DNA of 62,969 bases, the filler included. It is 8 parts of 8 records of this genome, joined end to end, with 100 filler letters (N's around TTAATTAATTAA, not from the genome) between each part and the next. Parts side by side here need not be neighbours in the genome. Positions count along the whole stretch, not along the records: positions 47,014 to 52,139 come from SRR31156797_8049; positions 52,240 to 57,398 come from SRR31156797_8059; positions 57,499 to 62,969 come from SRR31156797_8087; 5 more parts are not named here. The stretch is one strand, 5' to 3'. Position 1 is the stretch's first letter. The number at the start of each line of letters is the position of its first letter. A model generated the notes under the pieces. That model made no database searches. It saw only the letters and a list, made by a program, of their open reading frames with translations, and was not told the origin of the DNA. The translations under genes and the position numbers were made by a program. Shown one piece after another: positions 49,271 to 59,352 of the stretch.

Positions 49271-50554
49271 GTGAAAAGATCATTTTTTTCGGCCTTTCTT
49301 CTGGCTGCTCTGGTTTGCAGTTTACCCCTCTACGCGGGAGGTCAGCAGGAGGAAGCCGCAGCCGAGGGGCCGGTGACCCTGAAGATCTATGCCCAGTATT
49401 CCGATGATTCGGAGAAGCTGCCTTACGACTATGCCGAGCAGGCCCTGGCCAGGGAGATGCCCGAGGTTCAGCTGGAGCTGGATATCCGGGGACAGGATGA
49501 CGATATGCGTCTGAGAACCTATGCGGCCGCCGGGAATCTTCCCGATATCTATCAGGCCAATACGACCATCATCTCCCAGTTCGTAGAGAGCGGGGACATC
49601 GCCAAGCTGGACGACTATGTGGCCGAAGCCGGGCTCTCCAAGCTGGTGACCGAAGCGGCTCTGCCCTCACTCTACTACAGCGACGGTCATACCTATGCCA
49701 TTCCCACATCAGGCAAGTACGCCTCAGCCATGTACTACAACAAGGATCTCTTTGCCGAATACGGCGTGAAGGTGCCCGAGAACTTCGAAGAGATGGTCAG
49801 CGCCGTGGAGGCCTTTGCCGAGAACGACGTCATCCCCCTGGCCATCTTCGCCAAGGAAAACTGGCCCGGCGTGCAGCTCTACGATATGCTGGTTACCAGA
49901 GAGCAGGCCGGCGGGCTCCTGAAGATCGATTCGGGGGGCAACAGGATCGACGAGGACGCCTATCGGAAGGCCGCCGTCAAGCTGAAGAGGCTGGTGGATG
50001 CGGGCATCATGTCCCGTGGCTCCTTCAACACCTCCTATGACGAAGCCCTCGCCCTCTTCACCGAGGGACAGGCCGCCATGTTCCTCAACGGCATGTGGTG
50101 TGTCAAGGATCTGGGTGAAAGGATGGGAGACGCCGTCGATATCATGCCCCACTACTATCCCCTGGCCGACGCCGGCATGGAGGGCGCTTCGGAATGGCAT
50201 ATGAGCGGCGGCTCGGTAAAGCATGACGGTCTGAGCGCCTTCGGTAAATCCCCCAACCTCGAGCTTGCCTCCCGGGTCACCGTATTCTTCGCCCATAAGT
50301 ATGCCGAAGGAAAGACCGTGAAGATGGGATACCCCTCCCTGTTCACCGATACCCCCGCCACCGAGCTCAGCCTGACCCCCATCCATCAGAGGGCTCTTGT
50401 GGAAGCGGCTAACTACAAGTCCACCAGCGGATTCCCCTGGCATATCTCCAATCCCGAAACCCGAACGGTTGTTGAGGACGCGGTAGCCAGAATGCTGGCG
50501 GGCTCCTACGACGCCGACGCCTTCATCAAGGATCTGACCAAACAGATCCGCTGA
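49271..50554 (+). CDS. Carbohydrate ABC transporter substrate-binding protein
   Basis: Spirochaete-style AGGQQE N-terminus, YYNKDLF and F.EGQAAM. Confidence 0.9.
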   Translation: MKRSFFSAFLLAALVCSLPLYAGGQQEEAAAEGPVTLKIYAQYSDDSEKLPYDYAEQALAREMPEVQLELDIRGQDDDMRLRTYAAAGNLPDIYQANTTIISQFVESGDIAKLDDYVAEAGLSKLVTEAALPSLYYSDGHTYAIPTSGKYASAMYYNKDLFAEYGVKVPENFEEMVSAVEAFAENDVIPLAIFAKENWPGVQLYDMLVTREQAGGLLKIDSGGNRIDEDAYRKAAVKLKRLVDAGIMSRGSFNTSYDEALALFTEGQAAMFLNGMWCVKDLGERMGDAVDIMPHYYPLADAGMEGASEWHMSGGSVKHDGLSAFGKSPNLELASRVTVFFAHKYAEGKTVKMGYPSLFTDTPATELSLTPIHQRALVEAANYKSTSGFPWHISNPETRTVVEDAVARMLAGSYDADAFIKDLTKQIR

Positions 50555-50619
50555 TCATGATTTCCCGGAAGCAGACCTCGGGCTGCTTCTTCCTTTATCC
50601 CTATCCGGAGTCTCACTGA

Positions 50620-51498
50620 ATGAACACATATTTTAAGAACTGGAAGATCGCCCTGATCTTCACCCTGCCGGCCCTGCTGGTCTACTCCCTGATGGTGTTC
50701 TACCCCATCCTGGAATCCTTCCAGAAGAGCTTCTTCTTCTGGAACGGACTGAACACGCCCCGCTTTGCCGGTTTGGCCAACTATCTGAAGATCTTTGACG
50801 ATCCCGTATTCGGCACCTCCCTCAGGAACTGCCTGATCTTCTCGCTTGTTCTGGTCCTCTATCAGGTCTGCGGCGGAACGCTCCTCTCGTTTATCCTCGT
50901 GGACAGAAGGACCAGGGGGCGCATCTTCTTCCGCAAGATGACCTTCGTTCCCGTCGTCCTTTCCACCGTCGTGGCCAGCCAGCTCTGGAAGTCCATCCTC
51001 CACGGTCAATACGGCCTCCTTAATCAGTTCTTCGAGGCCCTGGGCTGGAGCTTCAGGCAGGACTGGCTGGGCCAGGATCCCGCCGCCATACTCGCCGTAT
51101 CCCTGAACAACGCCTGGCAGTTTCTGGGCCTGCAGCTGCTTATCATCTATTCGGCGGTCCGCTCCGTACCCGATCACTATATGGAGGCCGCCCGCATCGA
51201 AGGGGCTTCGGACCTGTACGTCCACTGGAAGATCACCATCCCCCTGATCAAGGAGACCCTCAAGGTCTGCCTGATCATCGCCGTGACCAGCGGTTTCAAG
51301 GCCTTCGAAAATATGTACGTCATGACGGGCGGGGGGCCGGCCAAGGCGACCTACAGCCTGACCATGATGATCTTCGATGCCATGTTCCGGCTCTTCAAGT
51401 ACGGATACGGCAGCGCCATCGCCATGGTCATCCTGCTGCTCTGCCTTCTGACCACGGTGGTTCTGAACAATATTTCAAAAGAGAGGATCGAGTACTGA
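50620..51498 (+). CDS. Sugar ABC transporter permease
   Basis: EAARIEGAS (EAA loop) and MTGGGP. Confidence 0.93.
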   Translation: MNTYFKNWKIALIFTLPALLVYSLMVFYPILESFQKSFFFWNGLNTPRFAGLANYLKIFDDPVFGTSLRNCLIFSLVLVLYQVCGGTLLSFILVDRRTRGRIFFRKMTFVPVVLSTVVASQLWKSILHGQYGLLNQFFEALGWSFRQDWLGQDPAAILAVSLNNAWQFLGLQLLIIYSAVRSVPDHYMEAARIEGASDLYVHWKITIPLIKETLKVCLIIAVTSGFKAFENMYVMTGGGPAKATYSLTMMIFDAMFRLFKYGYGSAIAMVILLLCLLTTVVLNNISKERIEY

Positions 51499-52139
51499 TG
51501 ACAAACATAAAACAAAGCCTTTCGGGAGGCGTAAAATACCTGATCCTCGGATTTACGGCTCTGGCCGCCCTCTATCCCTTTGTATGGATGGTGCTGTACT
51601 CCCTGAAATCGACGGAGGAGATCTTCGTCACCAATCCCTTCGGCCTGCCCCGGCAGTGGCGCTTCGAGAACTATCTGCGGGCCTTCGACTCCTACGACGT
51701 GCTCCTCTATTTCCGGAACAGTCTGATCGTCGCCTTCTTTACGGTTCTCCTTACCCTTTTGCTGGCCCTTATGTTCTCATACGCCGTCGCCCGTATGAAG
51801 CTCAGGTTCCTGGGGGTGCTGAAAACCTATGTGGTTATCGGGATGTTCATCCCCGTTCAGATCATCCTTATTCCCCTTCTCATCCTTGTGAGGGACTTCC
51901 ATCTGGCCAACACCTTCTCCTCCATCATACTGCCCTATGTGGCCTTCGGGCTGCCCTTTTCCACCATCGTCTTCTACGGCTTCTTCCGCTCCATCCCCTA
52001 CGCCATGGAGGAGTCCGCCTTTATGGACGGCGCGGGAATCTTCACCACCTTCTTCAGGATCATCCTGCCCCTGGTGAAGCCGGCTGTGGCCACCATCCTG
52101 ATCCTTCGATTCCTGAGTTCCTGGAACGAGTTCACCCTG
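51498..52139 (+). CDS. Sugar ABC transporter permease, 3' truncated
   Basis: ESAFMDGA and WNEF. Confidence 0.92.
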
Positions 52140-52239
52140 NNNNNNNNNNNNNNNNNNNNNNNNNNNNNNNNNNNNNNNNNNNNTTAATTAATTAANNNNN
52201 NNNNNNNNNNNNNNNNNNNNNNNNNNNNNNNNNNNNNNN

Positions 52240-52318
52240 TGGTTTGATTTGGCTTTTGTGTTTACGGTGTAATGGTTGAGCGTTGTGGTAGCGCTCACCA
52301 CTTAAGCGGGCGTTAAGT
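52240..52318 (+). repeat. 3' part of a Vibrio superintegron attC (VXR/VCR-type)
   Basis: ...TGTTTACGGTGTAATGG...CTCACCACTTAAGCGGGC-GTTAAGT ending in the GTTRRRY core. Confidence 0.85.
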
Positions 52319-52333
52319 GAATAGGGGGTTCCA

Positions 52334-52738
52334 GTGAACAAGGTAGTCAAAGAACGCTTCGATGAATATCCGGAAAATGCTCGTATTAGGCTAGAGGAGC
52401 TAAGAAATCTAGTCTTTCAAATCGCATCTGATTTGGAGCTGGGTGAAGTTGATGAAACGCTAAAGTGGGGTGAACCTAGCTATAGTGTAAAAACAGGCAG
52501 CCCGCTAAGAATGGACTGGAAGCTGAAATCTCCTAATAATTATTACCTGTTCTTTAATTGCCAAACTAAGTTAGTCGATACATTTAGAGAATTGTATGGT
52601 GAAGAACTGGTGTTTCAGGGCGACAGAGCAATAGTTCTGTCCTTATCGCAAGTGTTACCAGAAACAGCAATCAAGTCCTGTTTAGAGTTAGCTTTAACCT
52701 ATCAGCAGCGTAAACATTTGCCTCTTTTGGGCGTGTGA
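52334..52738 (+). CDS. DUF1801 (YdhG-like) integron cassette protein
   Basis: ETLKWGEPSY and YFNCQT-like motif; begins 15 bp after the attC core. Confidence 0.85.
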   Translation: MNKVVKERFDEYPENARIRLEELRNLVFQIASDLELGEVDETLKWGEPSYSVKTGSPLRMDWKLKSPNNYYLFFNCQTKLVDTFRELYGEELVFQGDRAIVLSLSQVLPETAIKSCLELALTYQQRKHLPLLGV

Positions 52739-52741
52739 AAA

Positions 52742-52771
52742 ATTCACATAAAAAAGCGTTCAAGAGGGATT
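52742..52771 (+). repeat. Truncated, mutated 5' part of the next attC
   Basis: ATTCACATAAA-AAAGCGTTCAAGAGGGATT matches the VXR start (expected ATTCACTTAAC), then diverges. Confidence 0.7.
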
Positions 52772-53303
52772 ACGAATATAAGGTTAACTAGTTGAAATGG
52801 TGTGATTTTTTTTGTTTTTGGTTTGTGCTAGGGGACATCTGAGGGGAACAGCGATTTATTCTTTAAAATTGTGACGGATTTCTCAAATAATTGAGCATTA
52901 TAAGAGTTGTTTTTATCATACCAAGATAAATCCAAAAGGTTTCATTTGTATCTCTAGAACGGATATGGACAATAGCAATTTAGGCCCAATGGGCGGAATC
53001 TACCTTTCAGGTGAGTTTTAGTATCGTAAAACGCAGAACAGCACCGCTTGATAAGGTGCCGTCTGTGAACGGTTTTAGACATTTTCCTTGCATGAGCCAA
53101 CTAAAACACTTTCTAAGTTTTATGCTTTAGAAGTGCTGATATATGCATTGTGGCGTTTCCTCTCTTTAAGATTTATATTGTCCCATGGGTTAGCAGGGAT
53201 TTTTTATATGAGATGTATCACTACTTTGTTGAACGAAGGCACTACGCGGCAGATCTCTCCGCCTCTTCCGACAGTCATACTCTCTTGTATATATGAGCGG
53301 TAT

Positions 53304-54125
53304 TCACCTGCTTATTACATGGTTATCCGTAACGACAGACCACTCATCTAAAACCTCGTGATAGTATTTTCCATTGTCAATAAAGACATACAGTTCAGAA
53401 ACTTTATCTTTATACACATAGGAATTCTGAGCAAGAGATGTTAACTTACATATTCTGGTGCTAATACCAGTGTATGCTTTGGTGAAATCTGAATCACAAT
53501 AATGCATATCATCATCAGGCTCGGCAACAAAAGATATTGCTGTATTTTGGAAAAAGTTTAACTTTCGGATTTCGCCTTCATCTCTTGATTTAAATGTTCT
53601 AGGGATAGTATATGCGTATGCTTCAAAGTCTTCAAAGTTATTCATGTTAATCGAAAAATCCCAAAGAGGCATCGGCTCGTAGATTCTAACAACTTCTTTA
53701 TTTTGGTTGGATATTCTAATATCACCTAAAGCATATTGTGTCATTGTAATATCAACAAAATTATAAGTATCATTGTTGCTATTCTCTAATGGATTTACTA
53801 TGGATTTTTCGCAACTCTGCTCCCTTGCACTAATTTTGATCTGAATAGTATCATTATCCTCTTTACTAGTGGAAATGTCGCCTTTACAAAGGTGCGAGCT
53901 GGTAAAAATATAAGAGTTCTTGTAGCGTCCCCCCCCGCCTACTCTGTATGAACCTATTAAAATCTTAACGCCATCGCTAAATTCGAAAGCTATCGTATTA
54001 GGCACTTTATGAAGGTTAGAAAAGTCTATCTCTGTTATTTTATCTTTACTCTCACCGCATCCCGAAAGCACAAATAATAAAGCTATAACAACAGTGAGTG
54101 ATTTTAGAATAGTAAACATATTCAT
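53304..54125 (-). CDS. Hypothetical lipoprotein
   Basis: Lipobox LSGC; last gene of a tightly packed four-gene minus-strand operon. Confidence 0.7.
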   Translation of the reverse strand: MNMFTILKSLTVVIALLFVLSGCGESKDKITEIDFSNLHKVPNTIAFEFSDGVKILIGSYRVGGGGRYKNSYIFTSSHLCKGDISTSKEDNDTIQIKISAREQSCEKSIVNPLENSNNDTYNFVDITMTQYALGDIRISNQNKEVVRIYEPMPLWDFSINMNNFEDFEAYAYTIPRTFKSRDEGEIRKLNFFQNTAISFVAEPDDDMHYCDSDFTKAYTGISTRICKLTSLAQNSYVYKDKVSELYVFIDNGKYYHEVLDEWSVVTDNHVISR

Positions 54126-54135
54126 ACTATGTAAC

Positions 54136-54747
54136 CTATAATCCGTCTGTAAAGTCATTGATGTAACTAATAGCATCTTCATATCTCATTGGTTTTAATG
54201 TTGCCATCCCTCCAGATAATAAAATTTTGAACATATGTTGACTAATTAATAAATCGCTAGAATTCGAGTGGTGAGTACTAAGATAGTATCCCCCAAATGG
54301 CATGCTGCCGTTATATATATATTTCTGACCAGAAGAATTAGTGGTTCTCAATGAGCCTTTCATCGGTAGGATGACAGTCGTTCCAGAGTTAAAATGTGCC
54401 TCAAGCACATCTGTAATAATTTTATCTTCGTCTTTGTAAGTTGGTATTTTAATTACGCGCTTTAATTCTGGAAAAGCTTTTACTTCAATAGTGGCGTAAT
54501 AATCAATGTGTCGATAACTGTCTTTAAAGAATTTAGCGTCAATTAGCTTAAAGGTGACTCCACTAGTATTTTTGAAAAAATCCCCGGAACGACTAATAGC
54601 CTTTATAAATTGATACTTTAAATATTCATCAACACGGGTAAAAGTTTCCTCAGATAGCTGGAGTGTTGATGAATTGTTATCTTGTGCTGTTGCTAGGCAA
54701 CTGTTAAGTAGCAATGGCAAATATATGGAATATTTCAGTACTTTCAT
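54136..54747 (-). CDS. Hypothetical exported protein
   Basis: Signal peptide MKVLKYSIYLPLLLNSCLATA. Confidence 0.65.
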   Translation of the reverse strand: MKVLKYSIYLPLLLNSCLATAQDNNSSTLQLSEETFTRVDEYLKYQFIKAISRSGDFFKNTSGVTFKLIDAKFFKDSYRHIDYYATIEVKAFPELKRVIKIPTYKDEDKIITDVLEAHFNSGTTVILPMKGSLRTTNSSGQKYIYNGSMPFGGYYLSTHHSNSSDLLISQHMFKILLSGGMATLKPMRYEDAISYINDFTDGL

Positions 54748-54749
54748 TT

Positions 54750-55268
54750 TTACCTCAGTACACACATAAGATTGTATTCTACAGGTTCAGATACTTCATT
54801 AGTGAAGCCTTCAAACTGAATGAGTTTTACAGACTTATTTACATACGTACCGTGGTGTTTTTTCTCAATACGACTGTAAACAACACTCTTTGCAGAGACA
54901 GAACCAATATGATTAGGATATGATTCCATACACTTGTTGACCAGAGGCCAATCAATATTTAGGTTTTTTCTAAGTTGGTTTCTAATACTCTCAGTTTCAT
55001 CTGGCGTAGAGGTGCCGCCTATTATGTCTTCTGGCGAAGGGTCTTTATAATATAAAATGGGCAACTCCCAAGAGTCTAGAGTCTCACCGTTAACTTGCGT
55101 TACTAAATCATTACATTTCTTTTCCACTTTAGATAAGCTGGAATTATTTAAAATTTCGTTGGAAATATAACATGGAAGGGTTTTGGCATTGATGGAAAAG
55201 CAAGTGACTGTAGTCAACACTATCAATGTTAGATGTTTGTATCCCACAACTGAACTCTCCGTATTCAC
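54750..55268 (-). CDS. Hypothetical exported protein
   Basis: Signal-like N-terminus ending SINA; Cys pairs. Confidence 0.6.
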   Translation of the reverse strand: MNTESSVVGYKHLTLIVLTTVTCFSINAKTLPCYISNEILNNSSLSKVEKKCNDLVTQVNGETLDSWELPILYYKDPSPEDIIGGTSTPDETESIRNQLRKNLNIDWPLVNKCMESYPNHIGSVSAKSVVYSRIEKKHHGTYVNKSVKLIQFEGFTNEVSEPVEYNLMCVLR

Positions 55269-56060
55269 TCAATTGATATTGTTTAAAATTAATATTTTTG
55301 ACTCTCTTAACGAGTAATTAGCCGCCGAAATTTGACTATTGTTACCTGCTATATTCACTGAGTTAGGCAAGACTACAAAATACACCAGAGGCTTTTTGTT
55401 TATTCTGCCCACACGCTGTTTTTCTGGGGTCCACCAATAAGCCTCTAAATGAATGCTTAACACTAGATCGTTTCTATCAGCAAACCCACCGAAGAACGAG
55501 CCTAATTCATGTACACTTCCAAAAGCAAAGTTCAAAGGTTTTTCTTTTGCACTTTCTAGATAGGCCGTAAAGCTCACCCCATTTCTCTTGTCATCAATAT
55601 GTTCTTCAAGGCGGTTGGCTTCGTATTGACCAGAGACAAACGGCATTCCCTCTAACTTATCTTTGTCAACAATATACCCATCACAACTATCCGACTCAGG
55701 CATTCGTTTCCGAAAGCGATATTCAGCACATGTGAATTTAGATACAATGCTCGAAATTAAGGTTACAAAAGCTTTAGTAGCTAATTTATCAGCATTATAT
55801 GAAGACCCAAAATAATATGACGGAAAAAGGAAGTGTTTCGCGCTAATAAACTTGTTATTGTACTTTAGCTTTATGCTTGAACCTTGCTCTATAGCTTGTT
55901 GCAATATATTAGGTTTACCAGTCACACTTTCTCCAGTCGTAAATATTTGAGCTTGTGCTAATTTGGGGTAGTTTCCCGACTGATAATCTTTAGCGCTGAC
56001 CGGTGTCACCCAAAGAATTATGGTTAGGGGAGCTACGATTTTTACCAAAGTGTGATTCAT
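55269..56060 (-). CDS. Hypothetical exported protein
   Basis: Strong RBS GGAGAAGGAG before the ATG at 56060; signal peptide ending VSA. Confidence 0.7.
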   Translation of the reverse strand: MNHTLVKIVAPLTIILWVTPVSAKDYQSGNYPKLAQAQIFTTGESVTGKPNILQQAIEQGSSIKLKYNNKFISAKHFLFPSYYFGSSYNADKLATKAFVTLISSIVSKFTCAEYRFRKRMPESDSCDGYIVDKDKLEGMPFVSGQYEANRLEEHIDDKRNGVSFTAYLESAKEKPLNFAFGSVHELGSFFGGFADRNDLVLSIHLEAYWWTPEKQRVGRINKKPLVYFVVLPNSVNIAGNNSQISAANYSLRESKILILNNIN

Positions 56061-56870
56061 CTCCTTCTCCTTATGTAAGATGAAAAACTTGCTTAACACG
56101 GTAATATTCATTGGTAAAGGCTGGCACACAATGTGTGAGATTTCAAAACTTTAGGCTCTGAATGTGATGGTGCAACCACTTCCTATTTACAGTTAACGCT
56201 AAATGGAATTTTTTAATAAAATCAATCAATTAATATACATTTCTACTTGTAATGTTGGTTTTATAATTAGAAATAACAATATATCCATCTAATATTAATA
56301 AGATTATTTAAATAGCCACCAACTAATTATCCGTGCTCTAGTTAGGCATTAGTATAAGTTGGCCAATTAGTGGAAAGAGAAATGTGTCCTAACTCTTCGG
56401 CTAACAAGTTTTGGGGCAGAAGTGTTTCAGCAGGACTGGCTAAAATGAGTTTTGGCCAATCCTGTAGCATAATAGTACGCGGATAGACTGAGAGGTATAG
56501 CCCTCCATCATTGCACAGAATAAAGTAAGCTGGCGAACCTATAGATCTCAACCCTTACCTTACGCTAATCGAAGAACGGAACTTAGGATGCATCAAGAAT
56601 AGTGATATGAATCAAAATCAAGTGACCTTTCAATAAATTGAACTAGTGAAAGAGATATAATTACCAACTCCAAATTCGGTTGTACTTATAAGAGTTATTA
56701 TTTGAGGTCGAAACTGACATATTATATTTAATATTGGTTGTATTTGTATTCTATATTCTTTTGATGTTTACTTTAAAATATCATAATGTATAACTTAATC
56801 GATATTTCTATGTTATTTAAAAGCTCACATTAAAGTGCAGAATATATTTAAGATAATTGTTATTAATGTG

Positions 56871-56940
56871 TTGACATATTTATATTTAGGTTTATTCTTA
56901 TATTAAAGCTTAGCTTGCTAAGCAAAAAATATAAGAATAA
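56871..56940 (+). promoter_or_regulatory. alpA promoter overlapped by a nested inverted repeat
   Basis: TTGACA (56871)-16-TATTCT; TTATTCTTATATT (56892)/AATATAAGAATAA (56928) enclosing GCTTAGC-TT-GCTAAGC. Confidence 0.65.
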
Positions 56941-56945
56941 CAAAT

Positions 56946-57224
56946 ATGAATATATTATTATCAATCCCACTTAATCTTGAAAGAAAATCCACCGTACTAA
57001 AACGGTTAGGTATTTCTAAAGCCACCTTACATCGCTACATAACTAAAGGGCTATTCCCTCCACCCATCAATATGGGAGTGAAGTCAGTTAGATTCCTCTC
57101 TTATGAAGTTGATGCATATATTGCTGCATCTGCTATTAATGCTGATAAAGTTATTCTTGTCAAGGAGTTAGTAGCGAAACGTGCAGAGCTAAAAAGGAAA
57201 ATACCTTCACTTTATGATGAGTGA
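56946..57224 (+). CDS. alpA: AlpA-family phage/satellite regulator
   Basis: VLKRLGISKATLHRYITKGLFPPPINMGVKSV...EV. Confidence 0.88.
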   Translation: MNILLSIPLNLERKSTVLKRLGISKATLHRYITKGLFPPPINMGVKSVRFLSYEVDAYIAASAINADKVILVKELVAKRAELKRKIPSLYDE

Positions 57225-57368
57225 AGGAAATAGAGCAGTCCATTAGTTGGGCTGCTTTAGTCATATTTAATAATAATGAGAATAAAGAAAATGAATATAA
57301 ATATAAGTGCTGACCGCACAATAAAAACATATTTGGATTGCAGTCTTTCAAGTGTTTTATCATTTCTG

Positions 57369-57398
57369 CTTAGCAGTCTTAGCAGTCTTAGCAGTCTT
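57369..57398. repeat. 9-bp tandem repeat CTTAGCAGT (at least 3 copies, runs into contig end)
   Basis: CTTAGCAGT CTTAGCAGT CTTAGCAGT CTT. Confidence 0.85.
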
Positions 57399-57499
57399 NN
57401 NNNNNNNNNNNNNNNNNNNNNNNNNNNNNNNNNNNNNNNNNNTTAATTAATTAANNNNNNNNNNNNNNNNNNNNNNNNNNNNNNNNNNNNNNNNNNNNA

Positions 57500-57676
57500 T
57501 TTCATAGCTACCGCCATACATTCAACACTATGATGCGTAATGAAATTTCTGATAGCAAACTTCAAATGCTTACCGGTCACAAATCATTAAGAATGACAGA
57601 TCATTATACTCATTATAATCCAGAAGACTATAAAGATGTTGAAGTAGCACAGAAACGAGTTTTTGCTATAGCCTAA
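57500..57676 (+). CDS. Tyrosine recombinase/integrase C-terminus, 5' truncated
   Basis: My translation FHSYRHTFNT...LTGHKSLRMTDHY shows HxxR, GH and the catalytic Tyr. Not in the ORF track. Confidence 0.9.
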   Translation, partial: FHSYRHTFNTMMRNEISDSKLQMLTGHKSLRMTDHYTHYNPEDYKDVEVAQKRVFAIA

Positions 57677-57695
57677 ACTATCATATCTTATCTTA

Positions 57696-57728
57696 AAGAG
57701 CCTGTTATCATTCAGGCTCTTTTTTTTA
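57696..57728 (+). terminator. Rho-independent terminator after the integrase
   Basis: AAAGAGCCTG...CAGGCTCTTT followed by a T-tract. Confidence 0.8.
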
Positions 57729-57801
57729 TCTGAAACAGCTAATTCATTCTTCTTAGAAAAAACTAACTATTTATATAGCAATAGATAGCAAAGGAGAGAA
57801 T

Positions 57802-57975
57802 ATGCTAAAAAAGCTTATGAATGTTGATGAAACCGCAAATCTACTTGGAATCAGTAATAAAACAGTCTACAAGTATACTAGCAATAAGGAGATTCCTTTT
57901 ATCAAGATTGGAGGAAGAGTTTTATTCGATGTGAATGACCTTGAAATCTGGATAGAATCAAAAAAACAAAGGTAA
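57802..57975 (+). CDS. Excisionase-family HTH protein (57 aa)
   Basis: RBS AAGGAG; MLKKLMNVDETANLLGISNKTVYKYTSNKEIPFIKIGGRVLFD. Below the ORF-track cutoff. Confidence 0.88.
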   Translation: MLKKLMNVDETANLLGISNKTVYKYTSNKEIPFIKIGGRVLFDVNDLEIWIESKKQR

Positions 57976-58242
57976 AATCAGAATAATCCGCAAATTTTAA
58001 TAAAAGGAAAATTATATTTTTTTCCCCGGATTCATAGATTATTCAATTTGAAGAGTTAATTTAACGAGTGATTACCAAAAACTATTATTACTTGGTAGAA
58101 TCTTTTCATTATTGAGGAGCCCCTTTAATAAAAAAAACACCAAAGAGCTATATTTATCCAGAAAATATGTTCGGCTTGTCCAAAATAAACTGAACCTTAT
58201 TGTAGTCAACCTTGTTTCTTCTTACTACAATTGTAACAAACC

Positions 58243-58734
58243 TCACCTATTCTCTCTATAAGGATACTTATTATATTCAATTTGAAATCCCTTAGAAATT
58301 ATCTCTAATTCATCTAAAGAGTACTCAAAATGAATGAAATATCCATCCAAAGAGGATAATTTCAGAATACTCTCGCCTTTAAAATCTTTAAGGTCAAATT
58401 CCTCTGACAAGTGCAGTAAAAAACGTGTGTTAACACTACTCATACTATTTACAAATTCAAACTTTAGATAGGGTTCTTTAAACTCTATCTGTTTTGGATT
58501 ATATTTTTTATGGTTCGGGGCGTATAGAAACCAATTTGCTAAATTCTGTAACTCATACGTTAAAAGTGCTGAACATGTTTTTGAAAAAGACTGTGCTCCA
58601 GATTTCAAATCTATTTTTATATTTAACCAATCCTCACTTGCACAGAAATCTCCATTTATATCAGGAGACTTATATCCTACAGATTCAAAAGTAAATTCAA
58701 TATCTTCATTTTTTAAAACAACCATATTTACCAC
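58243..58734 (-). CDS. Hypothetical protein, WapI-like immunity protein candidate
   Basis: DWLNI...LLTYEL..LANW...IEFKEP.L.F pattern, recognised from memory only. Confidence 0.5.
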   Translation of the reverse strand: MVNMVVLKNEDIEFTFESVGYKSPDINGDFCASEDWLNIKIDLKSGAQSFSKTCSALLTYELQNLANWFLYAPNHKKYNPKQIEFKEPYLKFEFVNSMSSVNTRFLLHLSEEFDLKDFKGESILKLSSLDGYFIHFEYSLDELEIISKGFQIEYNKYPYRENR

Positions 58735-58821
58735 CTTATTTATACCTTTATATCAATTTATCAGCAGAATGTCAAAAAATCCTATTTTTATTAGGTCTCA
58801 AAAACTTATTCACACTATTCA

Positions 58822-59145
58822 GACGAGAAAGAAGTCACTCTCATCTCCTCCAAAGAATGTATCGATACTTCTACTCCTCAAGGCAAATTCATGCTAACTG
58901 TATTCTCTGCTCTTGCAGAATTAGAACGAGAACAAATTAAACAACGCCAAAAAGAAGGTATTGAAGCCGCCAAAGCACGAGGAAAACACCTAGGTAGGCC
59001 AAAACTTGAGAAACCTGATAATTTTGATTCTCTTTATAATGAGTGGAAAGCTGGAAAGATAACCGCTGTTAAGGCTTTTAGTACTATGAATATAAGTAAA
59101 GCGAGTTTCTATAGGTTGGTTAAGAAGGAGGAGAATGGATTATAG
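58822..59145 (+). pseudogene. N-terminally truncated serine resolvase/invertase
   Basis: SKECIDTSTPQGKFMLTVFSALAELERE...GKHLGRP plus an HTH. The catalytic YxRVS N-terminus is absent. Confidence 0.8.
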
Positions 59146-59352
59146 GAGTTGGGGATCACTCCCCGGATTAAAGGCCCCTTATTTTCCCTTATAATTTGAA
59201 CCGTTATACTATAAGTCATAAAATAATGGATAGCCTTACGGGGCCTATGCTACTTATTTGTTATGTAAAACCCACTTCTAATTAAAAAATAGTTTTGCTG
59301 ACCGAACTTACATAGAATACACTCCGTTAAATCAAAGCGGTTCATTGCGATT

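Noticed and set aside
45049-52195. Long antisense or alternate-frame ORFs (e.g. 45049-45843, 47496-48596, 49724-50443)
   Set aside because: Shadows of well-supported GC-rich genes with no recognisable motifs.
56342-56551. 69-aa ORF with DGGLYLSV and LGHISLST segments reminiscent of integrase fragments
   Set aside because: The motifs are short, come from opposite ends of integrases and lack HxxR; too weak to call a pseudogene.
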